A DNA stretch of 59,008 bases, filler included, from Pirum gemmata (GCA_002812295.1; 8 parts of 8 records of this genome joined end to end with filler, not necessarily neighbours in it); one strand, 5' to 3'; positions 37,965 to 51,694 are shown, numbered from the whole stretch's first letter. Numbers and translations: made by a program. The notes: generated by a model not told the origin, from the letters alone.

Positions 37965-38106
37965 GGAGCAGTTCACAAATAACGTTCCTAATTTTTAAAC
38001 TTGTATAAAAACATTATCGGAAGAACCAGCCGAAATTCAAGTTAGAGAAGTTCCCCTTTACTAGCTAGAGTAAAAAAAGAAGTAGCGTCATTTATGAACA
38101 ATCACC
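37965..38106. mobile_element. Degenerate Harbinger-like MITE
   Basis: Imperfect TIRs GGAGCAGTTCACAAATAACG / CGTCATTTATGAACAATCACC; a related end occurs at about 8190-8214. Confidence 0.4.
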
Positions 38107-38350
38107 AGCAATTAAATCACTGCCAAATTTAAAAAAAAACACAACAAACATAGTACCCAAATAACGTGACAACAAAAAATACTTTTTTGGATATTGATAT
38201 AATCACTTTCATAAAAATGGCCCCCTAAAAAGGGCCTTAATATAATAGAAATAACAAAAGAAGTCTTACAGAGTTGACTATGACGTAATCTCTCGAAAGT
38301 GTGCTTTACCACCGGGGCCTTCCAAAACAGCAGGAAAAACTTATTCCAAG

Positions 38351-38413
<63 letters not shown>

Positions 38414-38679
38414 AAGTGAGACAAGACATTCTTGATGATGGTTCCCTTCTCGATAAATTTACGATATCAAGCTGATTGTTTTGACTATTTATTACTAATA
38501 ATAATCAAGCTCGATCGAAAAAAATAATAGAAATAACAGACTCACATTTTTTTTTTTGTGTTTCGTTTTTTTTTTGCTAATTAAAAATGTGATGCATGAT
38601 GGTCACACTGACCAACCACATCTTCTTATTTGTCACTTAATAATTGCTACTAGCTAGAGCTAGCTAGTGCTAAGTAGCT

Positions 38680-38912
38680 AGTAAGGGTGAGATGACGTCA
38701 TTTTATTATTACCGAACAGATGCCAGAACTTTTCCAATGTTTATGGTTTTTATTACTATTAATGTTAATATTATTACTTTAATTGGTTTCTGCTATAATT
38801 AAATTTACTATTTTAAGCTATTTAACTGCTATTACTAGAAAAGAACATGGAACTAAGGTTGGCTCGATAAGCATCTGTTCGAAAAAATTTCAGTAGATAT
38901 TTCACCCCTACT
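38680..38912. mobile_element. MITE family C copy
   Basis: Full length; flanks share AGTAGCT. Confidence 0.8.
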
Positions 38913-38951
38913 AGTAGCTACTGCTAGGTAGCTACTGTAGCTAGCTAGCTA

Positions 38952-39082
38952 CGGAGCGTTCAAATAATACGTCACGTCAAAGGGTAGGTAGGTAGGCGGT
39001 ATTTGACCGGACATTAACGTCAAGGGGTAGGTAGGTAGGGGTATTTGAAGCTGCATTTGACCGGAAATTATTTGAACGCTCC
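38952..39082. mobile_element. MITE family A copy, short internal deletion
   Basis: GGAGCGTTCAAATAAT...ATTATTTGAACGCTCC. Confidence 0.8.
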
Positions 39083-40364
39083 TGGAGTAGTAAAATAATC
39101 GAGAAATAGGTGATTTTGTCCGAAGAAATCGACCAGCTCGAAACAGTTTTTTTTTTTTGAACACACTATGATAGTCTATATATGGTACATAATATTATTT
39201 TTTAAAAAAAATAAGTTCGAAAATCGATACTCGATAATTAGTCGATCGAAAAGGAAAAAATATTCTGAGAAAGTGAATGATGATGTAGAGTAAATAAATA
39301 ATAAAAAAAATAATATGATAAATAAAAAATTTTATTTGTCTTTTTTAAAGTTTTGATTGATAGTTAAATATACGATAGCTTGATATTTTATTATCCCAAA
39401 GGTGGTCTATTTAATTATTTTTGACTATATTTACTTATATAATAATAAAAAAAAAAGAAAACATAGACTAAAACTAAAATTCACTGTAATCAAGAGAGAG
39501 TATGTTAACGTTGCTGCAATATATTATTATCAATATCATACACTATCAATATAACACTACCTACGTAGACCCTACTAGAGAAAGCTCTAGCTAGTAGAGA
39601 AAGAACGTAGAAAATATATAGATCGTATTATTATTAAATCAATGCATGACAAGCACTAATTTATAATTATTATCATGTACTTGTGTATTAATAATTATTG
39701 TATACTAAACTTTTAATTGTTTAATAAACACACTACAAAAACTCTTCCAGGGTTAGGGTTAGGGTTAGTCATCATTGATCATGGAGTTACTTTTGTACAA
39801 TACAAACCAACCAACTTACCAACCAACTTACCAACCAACAAATAAATGATAAATAAATGAATAAATGATAAATAAATGAATAAATGATAAATAAATGAAT
39901 AAATGATAAATAAATGAACAAATGATAAATAAATGAATAAATAAAATTAATATTATATGATATTAATTAAAGATTTTTTAAAAAAATTGATTTATTTATA
40001 AGTGTCATCGTATTCGTATAGTGTAACTTTTAAACTTATCTTTGTTTATTTTATTTTTTTTTATTTTATTTTTTGGAATCATATAATATTATCAATTTAT
40101 CATAGATCGAAAAATAGAACTGTAGTTAAAAATTGTACCGAATTTTTTTTTTTTTTTTGAACCCGTTCAAATTTCGACCCAATTTCTTTTCTTCAGATTT
40201 CTTTTTGTAGAGTTGTTGTAGACTTGTAGTTGGTCAAAACCTTTCAGCATTTTTTTTCTTTTTATAAATAATCACTCTCTAGTAGTACTAGCTAGCTAGC
40301 CATGTGGTTGACAAATTTTGGCACAAAACATCAAAGAACAAAACAATAGACCGCTATAGTTGAA

Positions 40365-40442
40365 AACAACAACAAAAAACAAACAAACAAACAAACAAAC
40401 AAACAAACAAACAAACAAACAAACAAACAAACAAACAAACAC
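40365..40442. repeat. (AAAC)n microsatellite just upstream of the kinase exon acceptor
   Basis: Direct reading. Confidence 0.9.
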
Positions 40443-40460
40443 TTAACACAACTATAACAG

Positions 40461-40541
40461 GTTCATTTGGGAAAGTGTACAAAGCCGAATATCAAGGCCA
40501 AACTGTGGCAGTTAAAAGACCAAGTGCACAATCGTTTAGAG
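40461..40541 (+). CDS. Internal exon of a protein kinase (subdomains I-II), TKL/TK-like
   Basis: An 81-nt exon between CAG and GTAACA encodes (G)SFGKVYKAEYQGQTVAVKRPSAQSFR, the Gly-rich loop plus the VAVK catalytic lysine. It is absent from the ORF track. Confidence 0.8.
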
Positions 40542-41024
40542 GTAACAAGCAAACAACAAACAAACAAATAACAAAAAATAATTACAAACAGAATTATTAA
40601 TAAACAAGCAGACAATAATAAACAACATGCATGCCCAGGACAAATTTTAACGCGTTCAAAAGTTAAATTCTGGATAAAATATAGTTGATAATTAATAATA
40701 TTGATTATAGTTGTATAATTAACGTTGGTGTACGTTTCCGGTTAATAATGGCGAACTGCTACAAAATTTTGTACAACCTTCTTCACTTTCTCCTTTCTCT
40801 ATCATACCTTCTTGTTTGTATGAAGTCTGGATTTATAATAAACAAAGAGGCAAAAAAAAAAAAAATGCAAAAATTCACATGCGCACATGTGTGTTTTGAT
40901 CAGAACCTTGGAAGTCCTTGGCGTCTGCTCTTTTAGCTATCGATACTAGCTACTCTCTGATAGGAGCAAACAGCTATCATAGCTCTAGCTAGAGAGGCAA
41001 ACACGTTGAAATAGGCCCGGCCCG

Positions 41025-41475
41025 CAGGGATGTTCCGACGGACGACTCGGAGTTCGGTCGGTTTTGAAAGGTCTTCGGATCGGATCGGAAGGGGTAGAGG
41101 GTTTTAACCCGAAACCCGAACCTTGTTTTATTTTCATTTAGTAGTATGATATCCATAAATAGTAATATATTATGCTCTTTCAAGTTTCAAATTGTAATGT
41201 CTGGAATGAACTTCTGAAACGGTTTGTTTTTGAAGTCTATGGTACTTTTTTCATTTTCTTTTTTGACCTTTTTTGTAACCAATGTCACCAATTATGACAA
41301 TAAAGATACTTAAAATAGCTCTTAAAATATAGACCAGAGGAAATTCTGAAAATTGGTCGAGTCGGGCAGAGAGGGGATCGGGCAGAGAGGTAAAAAAATT
41401 GTCGGTTTATTAGGGGAACAAAATGGTCGGATCGGGTCGGGGGGGGGGGGGGGGGGGGCGGAGTTAACAACCCTG
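41025..41475. mobile_element. Putative hAT-like non-autonomous element
   Basis: Ends CAGGGATGTT / AACAACCCTG with many TCGG/CCGA subterminal repeats; no TSD recovered. Confidence 0.4.
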
Positions 41476-42397
41476 CTACAGGCCTACAGGCCATATCATC
41501 TAGCTAGGTCCTATCACAGTCTAGCTAGGTCCTATCACAGTCCTATCACAATATCATATTAAAAAATAATTAATTAAAATTATAAACTTAATCAGTACCA
41601 AATTAAAGATTAAGAGGATATCGATAGTATGATAGCACTGTATGATAGCATAATATGATAGCGCTATGATATGATACTATTTCCTCTAAATGTTTGTTTT
41701 TCATCATGGTTTATATACTACTAGTAGGTTTATGCCATATTATCATAATTCACCAGAATGTACATGTATGCATTATAATTAGTATTATAATAATGATTCT
41801 ATGAAATAAGCAGATAAAATTAATCCATTCAAAGAAAAACATTAGACTTGACTTCTGAGTGATCAGTGGAAATCTTGTTATCATAGTCTAGTTTTTTTTT
41901 TCTTACACCTTTTATCATATTTGCTTGGCTTGTTGTGCTTTTATTTAATATGACCGATATTGAATATTGTATGTTGTTGTTAATATACATATATTGCTAT
42001 AACATTACTATCGTTATGTATTTATATATTATTGTTATATTATTATATTTTTTGTTGTGATTATGCTGTTGTTGTATTATTGTTGTATTTATCAGTTAGT
42101 AATAATGTTGGCTACTATACGGGCTTGTATTGGAAAGAGTATCATAGTGGAAGAATAATTGTAAACTATGATATGATAAAAATAAGAATACAATGTATTG
42201 TAGACCCCCTTCTATAGTCAATGTAGGGAACGGTCTAAAACTAAATAATATTTATTATTTTATTTATCCTAAATAAGCATGAAAAACCCAACCCTATCAT
42301 AGTTGAAAAACCAATTTCCAGAGCCGCACTAGCTAGCACTAGCTAGCTAGCTAGCTAGTAGCTATCGATAGCCTGATACTCTACTAGCTATAGCTAG

Positions 42398-42510
42398 CCC
42401 TAACCCTAACCCTAACCCTAACCCTAACCCTAACCCTAAAACCCTAACCCTAACCCTAACCCTAACCCTAACCCTAACCCTGACCCTAACCCTAACCCTA
42501 ACCCTAACCC
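42398..42510 (-). repeat. Interstitial (CCCTAA)n
   Basis: About 18 near-perfect units. Confidence 0.9.
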
Positions 42511-43035
42511 AGTACGTATGATAATTACACAACATTACAAAATTATCAACAACAAAAGCAACAATACCGAAATGGATAATTCACACAATGGATACCCTAC
42601 AAAACATGACCCCAATGCAAAACAACACAAAACAAATCCTAAAATTAGCATATATTAATTAATAACTATCAAAATATCAACAGCAACAAATTTAAATTTA
42701 AACTAAACTATTAATACGAATTCTTCAATAAAAAATAAAAAATCTTCAATCACCCAACAATACAACAACAATTCAACGAATTCGAAATACCATAAAAAGA
42801 ATAAACAAAAACTTTAAAAGTACCGGTATATGCTCAAAGTCCAAATTTAAACTACTAGTAACACCCCCCAATACCTGGAACCTACAATTATAAAACCCAA
42901 ACAATAGTATAAAAAGCATAGAAGAAAGCCTCAAAGCAAAAACTTTTAATGATAACAACCTCAACAACCTTGGGAATATAGAACAAAATGAATGGGAAAA
43001 GATATAATCACAAAAAGAAGAATATTAATCAATTA
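42511..43035 (+). pseudogene. Second copy of the decayed coding remnant, flanked on both sides by (CCCTAA)n
   Basis: LHNITKLSTTKATIPKWIIHTMDTLQNMTPMQNNTKQILKLAY aligns in frame with the 32-kb copy. Confidence 0.45.
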
Positions 43036-43123
43036 CCCTAACCCTAACCCTAACCCTAACCCTAACCCTAACCCTAACCCTAACCCTAACCCACCCTAAC
43101 CCGAAGTCCCGAACCCTAACTCT
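43036..43123 (-). repeat. Interstitial (CCCTAA)n
   Basis: About 9 perfect units, then degenerate. Confidence 0.9.
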
Positions 43124-43351
43124 ACTACTATCATACTACTACGATAGACTAGCTAGCTAGGCTATGATAGCTAGCTATGGGTAGCTAGCTAGTATGATAG
43201 TATCATAGCTAGCTAGCTAGCTAGAGCCTAGACCACCGTAGACCCTGACCGTAGACCACTAGCTCTAGAGACTAGCTAGCTAGCTACTGGTAGTCTTATC
43301 TGGGCATAGACTAATCTATCTGGCTTGCCTAAAAAAAAAAACAGCCTAGAC

Positions 43352-43582
43352 AGTAGGGGTGAGATATCTACTGGAACTTTTTTCGAACAGATGCTTATCG
43401 AGCCAACCTTAGTTCCGTGCTTTTACTAATAATAGTAGTTAAATAGCTTAAAATAGTAAATCTAATTATGTTATTTACCAATTAAAGTAATACTATTAAC
43501 ATTAATAGTAATAAAAATCATAAATCGGAAAAGTTCCGGAAGCTGCTCGGTAATAATAAAATGACGTCATCTCACCCCTACT
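43352..43582. mobile_element. MITE family C copy, opposite orientation
   Basis: Perfect 8-bp TSD GCCTAGAC (43344-43351 and 43583-43590). Confidence 0.88.
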
Positions 43583-44223
43583 GCCTAGACTACCCTTTCA
43601 TATTATAAAAAATACCAAAATAATAATATATAAGAGTATATAAGTTTATTTGATGCAATTTAAATAATTCGGTTTGTTTTGTTATTTTATTTTTTTTGTT
43701 CTAGTCTAATAGACTTAGTACCAAATAAATAATTAGTATTGTTATCTCAACCGCCGAATTCATATTTCATAGTACTGTTTTCATTACATTATAATAATAT
43801 ATTAATAAATGTATGATATAAATATAAAATTTATATCATATATCATAATAATAAAAATATTATTATTACCACGATATTATGTACAAAAATAAACAAGAAA
43901 TAGTTAAAAAACATATTGCACCAAACACTAAATTATATTATACTCTATCACACTTAATTACAAGCACTAAAATCACAATCGTACAACAATAATCATACAA
44001 TAAATCATAAATCATACAATAAATCATAAATCATACAATAAATCATAAATCATACAATAAATCATACACTTAATCATACAATCACTATAATTATGAACAT
44101 TACAAAAAGAATGAAAATTTGGTTGCCATCATGAATAAATGAACATGAATAAATGAATTAGAGTGTACTCATTTGAATACCTACAATATTATTGTTTTCA
44201 AGTTCTATCAAAGTTCTATCAGC

Positions 44224-44255
<32 letters not shown>

Positions 44256-44355
44256 NNNNNNNNNNNNNNNNNNNNNNNNNNNNNNNNNNNNNNNNNNNNT
44301 TAATTAATTAANNNNNNNNNNNNNNNNNNNNNNNNNNNNNNNNNNNNNNNNNNNN
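44256..44355. other. Artificial contig linker
   Basis: Same 100-nt spacer. Confidence 0.95.
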
Positions 44356-45789
44356 GTAATATTTTATCGATAGTATTTTATCATAATATATTATAATCGA
44401 TAATATTATAAATTTTTATAATATTATGCCATCATAGAGTCCATGGTCTTTAGAAATAAAAAAAAAAAAAAAAAAAAAACTAAATAGAAAATAAAATAAA
44501 AATAAAAATCTCCAGATGATAGATTTTTGGCGATTTAATTAATAGAGGAGCCAGCAGGGCAACGTGTGCGAAATGTTCCCATAAAATCTTTTTTATTAAT
44601 TTATTATGCAGATGTATAATGTATTATGATAAAAAATATTATGATATCATAATATTAAAAATAATATTATATATAATTATAAATAAATTATCGATAGTTT
44701 TTAATAAATTTAGACCAACATACTACTAGTTAGTAGCTAGACTGGGTCTAGCTCTACTACTGCTACTAGCTAGTAGCTAGAGCTCAGAGGACCTACTTAC
44801 TATCACTGATACTATCAATACTAGCTAGTAGTCTAGTCTACAGCGTACATGGACTACAGTACCAATACTCATGATTGAAAAATGAAAACAAATTTAAAAA
44901 GTCAGAACTGAAACGAAAAACAATCAAAAAACAATGACACATCGTCTTCAAAACTTTTTGCGGGATAAACAGATAATTGTGCGAAACCTGGTACTTTTGT
45001 ATTCAGATAATATATATAAATAATTATTATGTTTTTATATAACTCTGATATTATGCTTGTGTAAACATCATTGCCAAGAAAATGATAAAAAAAATCGTCA
45101 ATCAGGAGTCCTGTATACTGTTTTAATAGTAATTATTATCATAACGCGATTTTCTATGGGTCATGTGACTATCGAAAATAATAATAATAATAATAATAAA
45201 ATTAGAAGCTAATCTCTAGCTACTAGCTAGCTAGAGCTTATTAAAAAAGTGCACTTTGTTATTGAATTTTCTTCATAGTATCATTCTATAAGTATTTATT
45301 TTGTGGCTAGAGTGTCACTTTAAGCCCACAAAAGCCAAACTGAAGCCACAGAATGTAAATTTAGACTATCCAGACTATTTCCCCTAGTGATTATTTCCAG
45401 TTTATTTCCCCTGAAAAAAAAAGATTTTGCTTTCTAATTATGGCAATTTTTTTTATTCCAAATTAGAAACTTTTTTTGGCTCGGTATAGTTTTTTTTTCA
45501 TTTTCGAACACAAATCAAACATAAATGGTACGTCATCATGAAAAAAAACACCCGTCTCTCAGAGCCCACCAGATGATTTGTCCAATGAAAACTAATAATT
45601 TAGACAAGACTTTTTGCTGACAGGGGCGCCTAATTTCTTCCAAAACTCGAAATTTCAAAGTTTGCTTTATTTTTAAAATACAATAAAAAGACATTATTAA
45701 ATATTTAAATTTTATTTGATATACTTAATTGGCTTAACAAGACCTTTTTATAAATATCAGGAACACTATATTGGACAAAATTCCGATAT

Positions 45790-45973
45790 AAGTGCTTTTC
45801 ATTTACTTTGTCACTTTGAATATTTATTTGGAGGGATATAATATTTAAATCGACATTTTTAAATCAATAAATAGATAATAAAATATACCAAATTAAATTA
45901 AATGGATTTATATTGTATTAATTTGGTATTATTTATTGTATATTTGTGATGACAAAAAAACTGAAAAGCACTA
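45790..45973. mobile_element. MITE family B copy
   Basis: AGTGCTTTTCA...CTGAAAAGCACTA. Confidence 0.8.
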
Positions 45974-46546
45974 GCTAGTAGGGGGGCCCGTAGGGGGGGT
46001 CTATTATTTGAAGACGACTATTTCAGATNAAAAAAAAAATTCAAAAAAATACAAAAAAAAAAAAAAAAAAAAAAAACCATACAACGTGCCCCAGACTAGA
46101 GACAGAATGGAGATTTCCTTATTTACAATTTTTTTTAAAATTTTATATTTATCCAGAGGGTTAGTTATATCCAGAGTGGTGCCAAAGATAATTGTTTACT
46201 GCGTTTTGAAATTATTCGAAAACAAAGCAAGGAAGACAAAGCAATACAGGATTATACAGCAGGCACACTCGAAAATTGGGCCCATGAAGAGTCATTGAAG
46301 ACTCCATGAAGGTTGTTATAAATAAATTTGTAGTCCTACCAATAAAAAAGATTTTTGTTTTTTTTTTTTTTTTAATTTTTTTTTTTTTTTTTTTNNNNNN
46401 NNNNNNNNNNNNNNNNNNNNNNNNNNNNNNNNNNNNNNNNNNNNNNNNNNNNNNNNNNNNNNNNNNNNNNNNNNNNNNNNNNNNNNNNNNNNNNNNNNNN
46501 NNNNNNNNNNNNNNNNNNNNNNNNNNNNNNNNNNNNNNNNNNNNNN

Positions 46547-46687
46547 GTGTTCAAATAATACGTCACGTCAAGGGGTAGGTAGGTAGGTGGTATTTGATCG
46601 GAAATTAACGTCGAGGGGTAGGTAGGTAGGGGTATTTGAAGCTGTATTTGACCGGAAATTTATGTTACGTAGTATTCGAACACCCCC
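46547..46687. mobile_element. MITE family A copy abutting an assembly gap
   Basis: Near-identical to other copies; 3' flank TTA. Confidence 0.8.
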
Positions 46688-47167
46688 TTAGCAGCCCCTC
46701 TAGCTAGCTAGCTAGTAGGCAAAGTATTACTTTTTAGTACCGCAAAGTGATTCAAATTTAATTACATACTCGTTTGGAAAAAACTACTAAAATTAAAAAA
46801 GACGCACCCATATAGATATTAGTTATTACTTACTAAACCGTATTTGGGAAAAAATACTACTGTTTGCCCTAAGGTAATATCACTTTGCTATAATAATAAT
46901 ATATTATCATACTATGTATAATAATTATATCTATAATATACCAAATATACTTTAAATATTATCAATACTATTTATTATCATTATTATTATTATCATATTA
47001 TTTTATGTATAGTATGATAATATGATAAACACTTGACACATTTATTTTTTTTAATTTAAAATAACTGAAATTTCGAAGTCCACACGTTAAAATATTATGA
47101 TATTATTTTTATAGTATATTGAGATAATTGAGATAGACGTCTATAAAAACTAAAAAAACTTGATCAG

Positions 47168-47794
47168 AATAAATCTCAGAATGATCAGGCAGGGACAAAC
47201 AAACGCAAACAGCTACGCAAACACTTCTTTCAAGGTATTTTCTTCCTACAAAATTCATATATAATACATCGTAATGATGTATTATATATTATTATATAGT
47301 TATACTATTATATTCATCCCAGACCTCTAGATAATATATAATAATTTATCATGAGCACTAATACTAGTACTGGTATTATTACTATACTAGACTACTAGTT
47401 TTAGTAACAATGATACACGAAATGTAGAAAATAATGATTGTTTGAATTTTTACCAGACAAAATTTTCCTTGGGGTGGATGTTTACTTATTTATGTCTTAT
47501 TTATGATATTTATTTAGTATTTATGTTCATTTATTTATCCTCTTCATTTATTCATTTATACTTTCTTGGTAGAGCGTGCTTTATCCGGTTATAGCTATAC
47601 AATGATAATAATAGTTTATATAAATTATTATTATTAATTTTGTATTTATATTATTAATAATTATAATGATTTATAATAATTATAAATTATAACCAAAGGC
47701 TTTTGATGGAAAATCTAATGGCAGTCTAAAGAATAATTACGTAATTGCGATTGTTGTTGTAAACATTTTTGATATCATTGGCCCCAGCCACTAA
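47168..47794 (+). CDS. Possible chain of small exons of an unidentified gene
   Basis: AG/GT-bounded islands near 47168-47234, 47457-47479, 47573-47587 and 47699-47794 can be joined in phase (..NDQAGTNKRKQLRKHFFQ-DKIFLGVD-SVLYP-AFDGKSNG..), but no motif supports the model. Confidence 0.2.
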
Positions 47795-49281
47795 GTATAT
47801 ATATAATATTATTCAATTATTATTATACATCATTATGAATTTATGATGTATTATGTATATGATAATATATTATATAAGGCAGACTCGAGCTATCATAGGA
47901 ACAGACTTGGGGTACATAATATATATCATAGACTAGCTATATCTATATTGCATGGCATCCTATTATATGAAAATTACAACAAAAAAAAAACCAAAAGATT
48001 ATCAAATGAGTATCAAATGCTAGTGATCATAACATTGTTAACTTATCGATTACCAACCTTTATTATGATTACACATCAATATTATTTCACTAATCCTAGT
48101 CGAATTATTATTGTCTTCGCAGCTTTAAAATTTTTAAGTATTATCATATTTATAAGCTTAAAAGTATCTACATATGTAATTATTTATCATGTGTGGACTA
48201 ATAAAAGCTGATACTTGTAATTTGTAAAGAGATCACAAAATCCAAGGTCCCTCAAAGTTTTTTTTTTTTTTTTATGTTTTTGCAATATATGAGTCGATCT
48301 GGGCGATTTCAGTTCATTGGTAGTTCTTCATATTTTCTTCAGGACGCCACAAAGTTATATTGATTTTTTTCGCTTTTTTCCAGGCTTTTTTTTGTGGTTC
48401 TCACCAGATAACTAACGCTTTTTTTGATCTTCTTAATTACAAAACCAATCAATGATCAATACATGTTAAAAGCAGTATTTTCACTGGTTGATGTTAGTAT
48501 TGTGTTTTGAAACCTTGTCAGTGTGTTACTGCCAAAATTGCCAAAACTTACTTGGTTGACTAAAAATTAAAATGCTTCTATATTTGGTAGTTTTCCTTGA
48601 TTAAGGGTGTTGTTTTTTTCCTAGGTGTTTTTTCTTTCGAGTTTTTTCTTTAGAGTTTTTTACTGAGGTTTTTTTTTTCTATTTTTTCGGGGGGGTTCTT
48701 GTTTTTTTCTGTATTTTTTTTTTCATTATGATACAAGTTACAACGTTAGTACTATATATAATATAATAATATTTTATTATTATTATTATTGTTATTATTA
48801 TTAATTAAATTTTTTAAAATTGAAAAAAAAAAACTGGGTTACAGTTATATGATTTTTATAGTTGTGATTTTTTGATTTATTTCATCATATTTTGGTATTA
48901 GTAAATGATTTGATTGTCGTTAGATAAGTGGTTAATATGTGTGTTGTTCTTTCAGTGTAGCAGTGTTGGCTTTTACTTTTGTTCTTAACATTTTAGCGTT
49001 GTGGTCTTTGACATGACTATAGCACTCCAAGAATCTGATACGCTATTATTTAATAATATTACCATAATGTATTATTATCATGATATCATTTATAAGAGTT
49101 TTATAAGCATATTAAATAATTTTATAAATATAAATAATATTAAAACTATAAAATTTAAAATATGAATGACCTAGAACACTCCTAGAACACTCCTAGAACA
49201 TAATAATTAATAATAATTATCATGAAATTATATCATAAAAAAATCTTTCCTTTACATTTTTTTTTTTTTTTTTTTAATTAA

Positions 49282-49492
49282 CTACCAAGCCGGGTAAAAA
49301 TGGCGACATCCGCCATAATAGAAATAATATCAAAATGATCGAATTTTAATGAAAGTACTACCAAAGCTTGAGAATAGTCAAACTAAAAAAACTCTATTAT
49401 GGCTAGTTTTAAAAATAATTTGGCTAGTTTACATTAAAGGTTTTTAGAAAAGAGGTCTAAAAAAAATGATTTCTACAGTTTCATCCGGCTTT
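49282..49492. mobile_element. MITE family E copy
   Basis: TTAA|CTACCAAGCCGGGTAAAA...TTTCATCCGGCTT. Confidence 0.65.
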
Positions 49493-50408
49493 ACACACAA
49501 AAATATAAAAAAAATAGACTGTTTATGGTTTGTGGCAAGGAGTCCTTGTTTTGTAGTAGCTTTGTAGTTATGTATGTGCAGTGCACTTTGTTGATTTGGT
49601 TCATTATATTACAAACATTAAAATTTTGGTATTTTAAAAAAATAAAAATTTGTTTATCCAGGATTTGTGTTGTGGTTGTTGTTGCAGGTTTTATAAGGGT
49701 TTCATAATAATACCATGACTAATATTTTGATACAGAAGTTCTTGCTATATATTATATATAGACGTTAACATGAGTATTTACATTCTTAATTAAATAGTCT
49801 CTAATAATCTTATTTTTCACTATATATCAATGTATTTCATATAATATAATTATATATAATATTATTAATAATATGTAAATAATATCAATAACAAAATAAC
49901 ACCGAAGCTTGATATCTTCCCCTTATTTTTTTAAAATTAATCCCCACTTTACTAAAAAACCTATCAAGTCTAGTACTAGCTAGCTTGTATGATAGTAGCT
50001 GGTTTAATAGCAATTATTATTATTATATTATTATAACTAATATCAATATAATATTATTATAACTATCAATATATTATTATAAATATATTATTTATATAAA
50101 TAATGTCTATGGCAAAGACCCCTCCCCCAGAGTCCCCTGGTGTCTATAATTGAGAGGGAGGGTTCCGAGAGATTCCAGGCGTACATTTGGATCATTTTTA
50201 CCCACTACTATGATACTACTATGATAGTTAGTTACTGTAGTCTGTAGCTAGTACCGTACTACTAGCTACTGGCAGAAGAGTCATGTATCTGTAATAATGT
50301 ATGATCCAAAAATACCTGGTGAAAGGCTCTGAAAGGCTGCTTTTTTTTAACTGCAACCATTCAGTACAACCGTTTGTAAACTGGATAAAAATAAATATAT
50401 ATATTATA

Positions 50409-50646
50409 AGTAGGGGTGAGATGACGTCATTTTATCATTACCGAACAGCTGCCGGAACTTTTTCGATTTTATGGTTTCTTGCTATTAATGTTAATATTAT
50501 TACTTTAATTGGTATCTACGATAATTAGATTTACTATTTTGAACTATTTAGCTGCTATTATTAGTAAGGAACACGGAACTAAGGTTGGCTCGATAAGCAT
50601 CTGTTCGAAAAAAGTTCCAGTAGATATATCATATCTCACCCCTACT
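50409..50646. mobile_element. MITE family C copy
   Basis: Perfect 8-bp TSD ATATTATA (50401-50408 and 50647-50654). Confidence 0.88.
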
Positions 50647-50680
50647 ATATTATAATAATTATGTTTTTTTTTTTTATNNN

Positions 50681-50794
<114 letters not shown>

Positions 50795-50805
50795 CTTCAA
50801 TTGTT

Positions 50806-50949
50806 ATGAAAGTACTACTAGTACTACTAAATTTTGAGCTAGAAAATTTGAGAAATTGTCTAATAACAAAGAAAACTCTAGGCTAGTTATAGGTTTTTAG
50901 AAAAGAAGTCTAAGAAAAATGATTTCTACAATTTTATCCGGCTTAGTTG
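50806..50949. mobile_element. MITE family E, partial copy
   Basis: Ends TTTTATCCGGCTTAGTTG|TTAA. Confidence 0.6.
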
Positions 50950-51694
50950 TTAACCGTATGATAATAATATATTTAGTCGTTATAATAATAATATCATATC
51001 ACTGATAATAATATTAATATTATTACGATAATTATAATAGTAAATATATATATAGTATTATATTGTAATACAGTTATGATAGCGCTGACGAGATAAAAAA
51101 TGAGCAGAGGTCTAGTTACAAGTAGGCCCTAACGCTAACTCTAACCCTTACCTAAGAGAGCAGAAACGATACTAAGTACTTACTATAGTATTAAAAGTAT
51201 CATAGCTGTATCATACTATATAGCTAGCTTAGCCTAGCTAGCAGATTCGAATTCATTTTTTAAAATTAAAAAGAAAAATTTAAACGTAATAGCAAACTCT
51301 CATTGGTCCAACAAGTGCTATATTTAAATTTGAATTGAATATATAATATATTATAATAATAATAACTAATTAAAAGTATTATGTAAGACTTATGTAAGTA
51401 TTATGTATTTATTGGAGTTTTTTAGTATATATAAAGAGTAAAATGCAATGGTTTTTTTTTGAATAAACCAAATGCAATAATTCGCAATTCTATGATGTTT
51501 GTAATTGGACCAGTAGACTATTATATTAAAATATAATATATAGTCTATAAAATTGTTCCACAAGTGTTCCACGTAGGACACCGTTTTCACGTTTCCTAAA
51601 AAATAAAATAAAAAGTTTATTTTTTCTCTTAGATTTTTTTCTCGAATTTTTTTCTGAATTTTTTTTTATTTATTTATTTATTTATTTATTTATT

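Noticed and set aside
38949..39164. Similar short ORFs at 38949 and 57400 (QLQIPLPT...GQIPPTYLP)
   Set aside because: Both are translations of MITE family A.
51390..51595. Candidate second exon of the monooxygenase (TTTAG acceptor near 51596, minus strand)
   Set aside because: It lies across a linker and does not encode the expected continuation (GTW...YPG); it may be an exon of another gene.
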